A DNA stretch of 64,000 nt, from NCBI RefSeq assembly GCF_009914755.1, contig NC_060926.1. One strand, given 5' to 3'. The translations under genes and the position numbers were made by a program. The notes beneath the pieces are model-generated. The model did no database searches. It saw only the letters and a list, made by a program, of their open reading frames with translations, and was not told where the DNA came from. Positions 55,605 through 64,000 of the stretch are shown here, in pieces. The stretch is from the human T2T-CHM13v2.0 reference genome, Homo sapiens. How positions within the stretch are numbered: position 1 is the first letter of the stretch; each line of letters begins with the position of its first letter.

Positions 55605-55607
<3 letters not shown>

Positions 55608-56359
55608 TAAATAATGGGATCATTAGTTCCTAGTGAATTCTTTTTGCACTAACTGAAAAACTATTTCATCCTATCCGGTCCATTTTTCTTCAGGAAAAAT
55701 CCCCATCTGGAATTTTTAACCACCTTGAGGGTCAGAGATTTTTTTGAGAATCAGAGGAAAGCAATGAACCTCAGGCCTGGCAGGTGAGGGGACCAGGAGA
55801 AGACAGGAAGTACATGTGTGCAAACAGACAAAAGTTTGCACACAAGTAGTTCATTCCCAAGGTAAGCAACTCGGTAACAGAGTATACAAAATATTACATT
55901 TCACAAAAATGTGTTCTACAAAAATTAGGATTACTGTTACCCGGGTGAGGAGGTTGTTTCCAGAGTCAATAAGTTTGGGAAATGCTGGATTTGAAAGTGA
56001 TTTTTCAAAATTCTTTAGTATATGAATGTGCACCGCACTTCCTTAAAAAGATGATGTGAATGTGGCAATAACTCTCTTAACTGCTCTGGGCATGGAACCC
56101 CCTGGAATTGCCTCTTCTGACCGGTGTTCTAAGAAACACTCTCAGAAATAATTCATTCCTCACATCCCTACCATGCTCCCAGATCCATCAGTTGAATCTG
56201 GCTGCAGAAGATCATCTGCTATGAGAAAAAAGTCAGTCAATAACATTAAGGTTAATAGTCAATGATTGTTGTGACATGAGCATTAAAAACAAATAACTGT
56301 CCACTTGAATTGAAGGAACCTTTTGCTTTTTAGTTAAACCTTTGGCCCTGAAAACACAA

Positions 56360-56558
56360 TGTGAGTGTGGTTTGAGCAAGTTTCTAAGACTTTCTCAGCT
56401 TCAGTTTTCTCACATATTAAATATGGATAAAAAGTAGTACATACCGCATACCATTATTGTGAGAATTAAATGACTTAGTACATGTAAGGCATTTGGAACA
56501 GTGTTCTATATGTATATATGTTCTCAGCATATAAGTACCCAATAAGTATTAGCTATAA
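56360..56558 (+). mobile_element. MIR
   Basis: ttgagcaagtt...cttcagttttctca...ttgtgagaattaaatga...catgtaaggcatttggaacagtg. Confidence 0.78.
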
Positions 56559-57249
56559 TTTTTATTTTCCCAGTCATACCAAAAATAAATAACATATATT
56601 ATTAATATATTTTTATATATTCATCTATTATATATAATCACTCTGGAAGCTCAGAATAACGTATATATCCACAGAGAAATAAGTATTATTAATATTTTCC
56701 AAAGCAGACAATGGATACTCTGAGAATATCTGAACACAAATGGAAACATTTAGGGGGAAAAGTTACATATTTAGAGGAAAAAAAGCCATTTCTTATCCAT
56801 GAGAGTTACTTACATTTCCATGTAGTTCTATACATATATTTAGAGCTACATCACCATGTAGAAACTTGGTTAAAGAGTGAAGTGAAAATGGATTAATCCT
56901 CCCTGCTCACACCTCCCCATATTCATATAATACTTTTTGGCATTTTTCGATTCGTTCACTGTAGAATAAAATAAGTGACACAATTACAACCTGAGGTATT
57001 TAAGAGTAAAACCACAGCCTGCTATAAAGAAAGCCATCATCACCTATATAAGGACACAAAATATAAGAGGATTCAAACCTGGCTGAATTCCACTTTGACT
57101 TGCCTCATTATCGTAAGCTTCTCTAGAAGGGATAGGGAAAATTCTGTTTCTTCCTATTGGTTTCTCTTCTTCCATGGCTTTCTTTTCTCATAAACCTAAT
57201 TACCACATGTTAGCCAGCTTGCGCCCTTGCTTATAACTCTCTGATGAAG

Positions 57250-57945
57250 AAAAAAGAACGCTTATACCATGCTGGTGAGAATGTAAATTAGTTCAGCCAC
57301 TGTGGAAGGCAATCTGGAGAATTCTCAAAAGACTTACAGCAGAACCACCATTCAACTCAGCAATCCCATTACTGCATATATAACCAAAAGAAAATAAATT
57401 GTTCTACCAAGAAGACACATACACTCATATATTCATCACAGCACTATTCACAATAGCAAAGACATGGAATCAACCTAGGTATCCATCAACAGTGGATTGG
57501 ATAAAGAAAATATGACACATGCTGGTGTATAGGTGGTTCCGTGGTAGAAAATATGGCACGTATACACCATAGAATACTACACAGCCATAAAAAAGAACAA
57601 CATTGTGTTCTTTGCAGCAACATGAATGCAGCGAAGGCCATTATACTAAGCAAATTAACACAGGAACAGAAAACCAAATACTACATGTCCTCACTTATAA
57701 GTGGGAGTTAACATTGGGTATTCAGGAACATAAAGATGGCAACAATAGATACTGGGGATTATTAGAGGGTGGAGGGAAGGAGTGGGGCAAGAGTCAAAAC
57801 ACTATCAGTTACTATGCTCGCTACCTGGTTGACAGGATCATTTGTATCCTAAACCTCAGTATCATGCAATATACCCATGTAATAATCCTGCACATGTACC
57901 CCCAAATCTAAAAAGTTGAAATAAAAAAATAAAAGAAGAAGAAAA
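57250..57945 (+). mobile_element. L1PA15/16-like ORF2 end and 3' UTR, 5' truncated
   Basis: gctggtgagaatgtaaattagttcagccactgtggaa...cagcaatcccattactg...ctcacttataagtgggag...cctgcacatgtacccc plus A-rich tail. Confidence 0.93.
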
Positions 57946-58260
57946 CCATCTCCAATTACTTTCCATTGTGCTTAGAATGGAATCCTTAACTAATGATGTG
58001 GCCTGCTGCTGCTTCTGGCCTCTTAACTCACACCACTCTCCCCTACCTTAGCTTTTTTCCATTCCTTGAAGCAAGTTCTTTCCTGCCTCAGGGCCTTTGC
58101 ACTTGTCATTATCTCTACCTGGAATATCTGTCCCTCACATCGTACTTAGCCTGATTCCATCTTACCATCTGAGCTGGTAAGAGATGGTAAAGGAGATGTC
58201 TTTCCACAAGCCTGCCCTGACTCCTCTGTCTAAGGTAGCCCTCCTCTCCCTGTTTATTGT
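57946..58260 (+). mobile_element. L2 fragment
   Basis: tcctgcctcagggcctttgcacttg...cctggaat...gcctgccctgac. Confidence 0.8.
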
Positions 58261-58709
58261 CTAAATAAACCAATTTTATTGCCTCAAAGTACCAATATAT
58301 ACTTGACATTAAGTAATACATTAATATTAACACCAAATTGTTCTCCATAGTTGTATCCATGGCATAAATGAAGTCTTCCATATCTGTTCTACTTTAAGAA
58401 GTCATCCTTACTTATTGTTACTGCCCTATATTAAGTCTTTCTCAACCAGTAAGCTGAGATAAAAATTAGGTCATTTCTATCATTTACAATAAATTACAAG
58501 GTATATAACTGCTAAATTAATTTTAAATCATCCCTTGGGTATGTGAATAGTAACAGAGGAAACTGAAGCTCACATATTTCACTTACGAAGTGTTTTATAA
58601 ACTTTGTACTCAAAGTTCTATAACACTTTGTAAATGGAATATGTTTTCAGAAAATGAGACTGCTTTATCTCTTGGTTGGTCCTGAACCCTGGAAGTATCA
58701 ATAATTCAT

Positions 58710-59190
58710 GAAATCATACAGTTTAAGCATTGCAAGAAAACACAATAGCCTTAGAACTAGCTGGTTCTCCAGCATTTGAATCCCTGCTATGATGTTCTTA
58801 CCAAGTAATTATTCTTCATGAATCATGAATTCACAACCTCTTGAGGTAACACTTTCTTGTTTGAAGACCTCTGACTTGAAGAGATAAGCCCCACAGTGAC
58901 TTATACTTATTGGTGTATTTCAGTATCTTAAATCCAAGTGGAATAAATCTAACCTCTCTTATACACACCAGCCTTTCATGTTTCTCAAGACAATTGTAAT
59001 ATCCTCTTAACTTTTCTTTTCTCTGAGATAAAAGTTTTAGTTCCTTCAACTATTCTTAATATGCCATTGTTTCACATTATCGCCAGGGAGTAATCTTTTA
59101 AATTTACATCTCTTTTTTTTTTATAGTCTGCTTCACAGAGGGAACCCAGAATGAACCATTTGCCACGGGTAACCAGATCACTACAGAGCA
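58710..59190 (-). mobile_element. CR1/L3 LINE 3' relic
   Basis: Minus-strand translation KELKLLSQRKEKLRG resembles the CR1 ORF2 C-terminal LKELGLFSLEKRRLRG; aaatctaacctctctt...ttccttcaactattct. Confidence 0.65.
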
Positions 59191-59559
59191 AAGCAGTCTG
59201 TCAAAACCCATGTTCGTGATGTCAAAAAATAACAACAACAAAACATATCAAAGTAGCGGGGAGTTTAACACACAGAGTAGAAAAAACAAAAGAAAGGAAA
59301 CTGCAGAATACCTGCTCCTCTTGCGCTCCTCAGCCACACACCATTCTCTCTCTAATCATTTCTAATCTCTTATTAACTTTTCTTTGCAATTAAGTTCATG
59401 ATAGAGTCTCTCTTCCTGAATTTTTAGAGACAATAAATCCTATTTCACTTCCACTATATGAAGTTGCCATTATGCAATTATTTTCACCTACAAAAATAGC
59501 CATTTCTTAGAGCTTGACCCAATGTTAGCAGGTATACATAAACAAATTATACATCACTA

Positions 59560-59680
59560 TTCCTTAAGTGAGAAACTGGTCGCTGGAGAGTAAGGGACTT
59601 GCCTACAATCACAAGCTAGACAATGACAAAACCAGGATCTGAAACCAAAGTCCTGATCCAACGCTCTTGCCACCTTAGCA
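59560..59680 (-). mobile_element. MIR fragment
   Basis: gagaaactg...taagggacttgcctacaatcacaagcta...aaccagga. Confidence 0.65.
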
Positions 59681-60226
59681 CAGGTCCTTTCCCAAGGCCA
59701 GCTTTTGGATTCCTAGAGAGAAAGTGAACGTGTTGTATGGCAAGGCAAATTTCATCATCTCTTCATGTTGAAACATGTAGAAACTGAATCTCAGAGAAGT
59801 TTATTAACGTGACCAAAATCACAAATTGGGCAGTTGGGAACTCAACCATGGGTGCCCTGACTCCAGGGCAAGGGGCTCCTAGCCAGCGTGACAGGTTCAG
59901 TATGTCCCTGCTACCATTTGCCTTTTCAATGAACAGTTCCTGGTTCATGGGTTTTCTAAGATTTTAAAACTGAAGAAAACTACGGAAACTCAATGACCAA
60001 ACTCTGTTTTCTCCTTTATTTTTTATATGCCGTTTCTTCTTACAAGCACTCAAGACCACATATTTGATTTACATCTTTAGGCACTGGAAACCATGGAGGC
60101 AACTTGAAAAAGCTTGAGAGGCTAAAAGCACTTGTATCAAAGCCATTCCCAGGTCCAGGTTTTGTTCCATTGCAGCTTTATATCTAAATTATGAAGCTTT
60201 TCTACAAATCGGGTTCACAGGGAAAG

Positions 60227-60237
60227 TGCTGAGTCAT
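60227..60237 (-). promoter_or_regulatory. NRF2/NFE2-sMAF element (ARE/MARE, includes an AP-1 site)
   Basis: tgctgagtcat = ATGACTCAGCA on the minus strand, exact consensus. Confidence 0.4.
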
Positions 60238-63200
60238 TTTCATTATTGCATCGATTCTACACAGGGGTATCACTATAATGTTTGAGGAAGTCAAACGGTC
60301 ACTATGTTTAATTTATATCTCAGATCGATGGAATTATCAAGTCATCTATGCGCATCTGTTCAAGTGATTCATGCTTACGCTCATATACTGGGTAGTTTCA
60401 TTCCTCATCTTTTCTCAGATAAGGAACTGGCAGTTCCAGAAGCCTCCATCACTAAGTCCTGCAATTCAGTGGATTCACTAGCATCTTAAGTTTAAAAACA
60501 AAAACTTTCTTTGAACTAGTAGTTCTTCAGGTTTCACAGCAGCAGCAAAAGCTGAAACAGCAATAAGCATGTCAAAGTCATGAGAATTACAGTAGTCAAA
60601 GAATAACTTACCATATGAGAAAAAAATGAAATTACTCTATACTTACATTGCCATTTCCTTGGCAAAGTACTTTTTAAAATGAGTTTGTGCCAAGTGGGGC
60701 TCAAGCCAAACCTTCTCTCCTTCACAGCTCACCTTTCCTTAGTTAAAATGTTAAAGTCGTGACAGCACCACCGTTACCACAGCATTGTGGCATGTGGTTA
60801 ACAAAGACAACCAGCAATTACTCAGTGAGGAGAGAAAAGTTAATGCTAGAAGCAGAGGGGATCAAGATTACCTGTGGAGCTCAATGACGACTAGTAGCAA
60901 AGTCTACACTTTCTAATAATATGAACTATTGATCCCCATTTAGTCATTTGCTTACAATACACATTAGGTAATGTTTGCCTGTGCTCTCATCCCATGGCAG
61001 CTGATCCTTTATTAATAACACATTCTTAGCACTGACAAAGCTGAAAAGATAGGCAGACATAGACCCCAATCCTGATTCATGGGCTCACACCTTCCTGGGA
61101 GAGTTGAGAAAGGGGCACTAGAAGAGGAAGGAGATGGATCTTTCAAGCAGTGAGAGGATAGAAAAGAAAAATTAGGGACACAAACAAATTTTGGTGAATT
61201 GTAAGTAACTTGTACAAGCTCTGAAAATAAATTGGTGTCACAGGGACCTAGTTATATCTGCTTTCAGCCCATGGCGAGTTAATAATGTATACTTATATAA
61301 AATTTATGCCCACTCATAAGCAAAGCTCATTACTAAAACAACATTAAGCTGGTAGCCATATAAAAGGGAGACCCCTGAAATCTCTAAACCATTGCTTAAA
61401 CAGCAATATTAACTTTGTGTGTTTTCAGGTAGCTGCATTGGCAATCGTGTTAGGATGAATAGGTGAAAACAAAAAATTCAGCAATGTCAACAATGGGGGT
61501 GGTTTAATATTGCCACCCACCCACACAGTAATTTGAATGTTTCCTGAATCTAAGATATTTCCATCTTCATCCTTAAGTGAACTTAACTGTGTTTCGGCAT
61601 TGATCTTGCTACTTGCCTGTAGACTCAATAAGGTTGAAAAGGAAAGTGGCTATTCCCCCAAGGACCTTCCAACCAACATTTTTACAAATTTTGAGTTGAG
61701 TTGGGAATCACAGGAAACAGGAAAAATGCAAGTAAGAGTCCCTACCTACACAGCAAATATCTGTAGGACTCTTGACGAGTAAACGCATTCTGATCGTGTG
61801 TGGACTGTGTTAGTCCAGACAAATTTTTCTACTGAGGATATAAGGAAACACTGCCAAATAATTATTACTTGGAAGTAACAAATGCTTTTTAGATGAAGTT
61901 ATTTCTTCCTTAGTACAGGAGTCCTTCTTCCAAATGTATGGAAGAACAGGTAGTTCATTCTAGCTCAGTAGAGAAACGTGAAAACAAAAGGAGCAATTTT
62001 GCATTTTCTCTGTATTGGAATATTAGATCTATTCTACAGGTAATCAACTTTTCCTTCAAGTAAAGTGTTCTGTTTTTCAGGGAGGGTAAGCTCTTCAGTC
62101 GGCAGATGTCAAGCAAGGCCATTTCTTAAGTGGGTTCTTTGCAGAAGTGGTTTCCTTCACATTAAGGCAGAGCCAGAGGTACCGTGGCCCAAAGGACAGT
62201 ACAGCTAAAGCAATTTCTCATGTGACTGTCCAGGGGAGCGCCCACATGAAAACATGACTATCAGTGGAAGCTACCGAGGTCTTATTTTCTTGTTGAAATA
62301 ACAGTTTTGAATGCTTGCGTTTCAGGTTTCCAGAGTTGTCTTAGCTATCATAATTTTTCAAATGAGTGGAAATAAAAACTAGAGTAGCATATCCAAGTGC
62401 AGTTTTATAGTATTTCCACACATGCACTAATGATATAGTTCTGTAATCTACAGTGTTTCAATCTTCATAAGGAATCATACCACAATACTACTATTTCTCT
62501 CTCAGCTCAGTAAAGGCTAAGGGGAGAAAAAGAAGTCTACTTCTCTGGGGGTGATTATAATGGTTGTAACATTCATAATGATTATAAATTTTGAGATCAT
62601 GAAATGCAAAGGTAACCATAGAGATAGGAAACCTAGGCCAGAGACTGAAAAAACCTGCTTCATTAGTTGACATAACCCACTTCTGATCACATAGGAAATG
62701 CCTACACAGCACCTAATACATATTAATAGTAGGGAAGCAATAAATAACTAGAATTCCTAGTAAGAATAGTAATAATATTAGGAGTATCATTATGACTATT
62801 ACTTGAGATTCCAGATGTAAAAGCTGGTGATAAAATCTGATCTTTTGCTTTGCGCACATGGATATTACTGAGGTAAGAACACGCTTTTCTGATAAATGTA
62901 CTATGGAAAAAAAAAGTCATTTTATTGCTATCACACTAAGAAACAGACACCCCAAGCATTACATGAGTAGTCTTTCCATGGAGGAGTCAATTCTCACCTT
63001 TCTTTTTAACAGTTCGATATAATCCTTTTATGATTGTGTTGAAATGTCTTTTACATTCACTTTCCATTTTTTGTTGGTATTGAAATTAGGAGACAAGAAG
63101 AAGGGCTAATATCCCTTCATTTTTTAGCTCTGTGGTAATTCTGCAGGCTTTTACAAAACTATCAAGCATTTTTGTGTATGGTTGTTGTGTTTCTTTTTAA

Positions 63201-63440
63201 GTCATGTATTTATAAGCAAAAAACCTGATAATGGCAGCTTTTTCTATTTGATGGTTTCAACTGACTGATAATGGGGTATGGGTGAAGAGCAGTGAGCAGA
63301 ACTCATTTCAGGTGTTAGAGCAGAAACCTAAAACTTTCTCCCAGCTGAGTCTTTGCTGCCTGAGACCGGATAGGAACAGCCAGAGGTAACCTCATTAGCC
63401 CATGAGGCTGGCTTGGAAATACAGATGCTGGAGCAGTGAC

Positions 63441-63480
63441 CTAGAGAGAGGGGACCCTGTGCTAGAGAGAGGAGACCCTG
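63441..63480. repeat. 21-bp tandem duplication
   Basis: ctagagagaggggaccctgtg / ctagagagaggagaccctg. Confidence 0.8.
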
Positions 63481-63649
63481 ACAGGCTGACTCCTGCATTT
63501 TTTCCTGTGACACCCTCTCACCAACCCAAATCCTTTGTGATACCTATACCAACTTCCAAAGTCATGACTCCTTTTATAGACTGAAACCCAGGACAGTCTA
63601 CAACCTCTACAAGTGAGCAGAACAAAATTCTGCCTACATCACCATATCT

Positions 63650-63832
63650 GATTCGTGGCTCTGCTTGCGATTACCTGACAAACCACTTAACCTTGCCATG
63701 CTCCAGTTTCTTTTGTAACCCAGAAACACAATAATGTGAAAATCTCTCTCCTGGGATTGTTTTCAGCAGTAATTACATACGTATATGTATGTATATTTAT
63801 ATGTATGCAGATGTATATATATTAAAGCACTT
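63650..63832 (+). mobile_element. MIR
   Basis: ggctctgc...acaaaccacttaacctt...ccagtttc...ggattgtt...taaagcacttt. Confidence 0.65.
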
Positions 63833-64000
63833 TAGCTTATGAGATGCTCTAGCAATATTTAAAGATAAAGTTAGAATAATTGAACAAGCCTGCAGCTGTA
63901 ATGGGTCTGCTCTCTTCGAGGCTGCTAGTATTAAACAGCACAAATTGCAGCTGGTCTTCCCAGGTCTCTACCCCTGGGCTTTGCCACTGACTTGCTATCT

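Noticed and set aside
57603-57911. 102-aa ORF
   Set aside because: Lies in degenerate L1 ORF2 end and 3' UTR; not an intact L1 protein
61961-61980. tagctcagtagag as a tRNA D-arm
   Set aside because: No acceptor stem, T-loop GTTC or cloverleaf

Overview
AT-rich primate (human-like) non-coding genomic DNA, intergenic or deep intronic. It holds 17 recognisable Alu copies (AluJ, AluS and AluY types, many with target-site duplications), 5'-truncated L1 ends, L2, MIR and CR1/L3 relics, about 15 solo ERVL-MaLR LTRs (MLT1, MST), an LTR16, DNA-transposon fossils (MER2, Tigger3a, MER5, MER63, MER102) and microsatellites. I found no credible protein-coding gene, RNA gene, CpG island, CRISPR array or novel multi-gene system; the supplied ORFs are repeat-derived or chance ORFs. 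Repeat family names come from remembered consensus sequences and boundaries are approximate. The most interesting signals are small: several locally templated inverted-insertion scars, a direct-plus-inverted triplication around a TA/CA microsatellite, a nested transposon stack, a consensus CTCF site, a repeat-poor block with a perfect NRF2/MAF element, and a few candidate unannotated exons.
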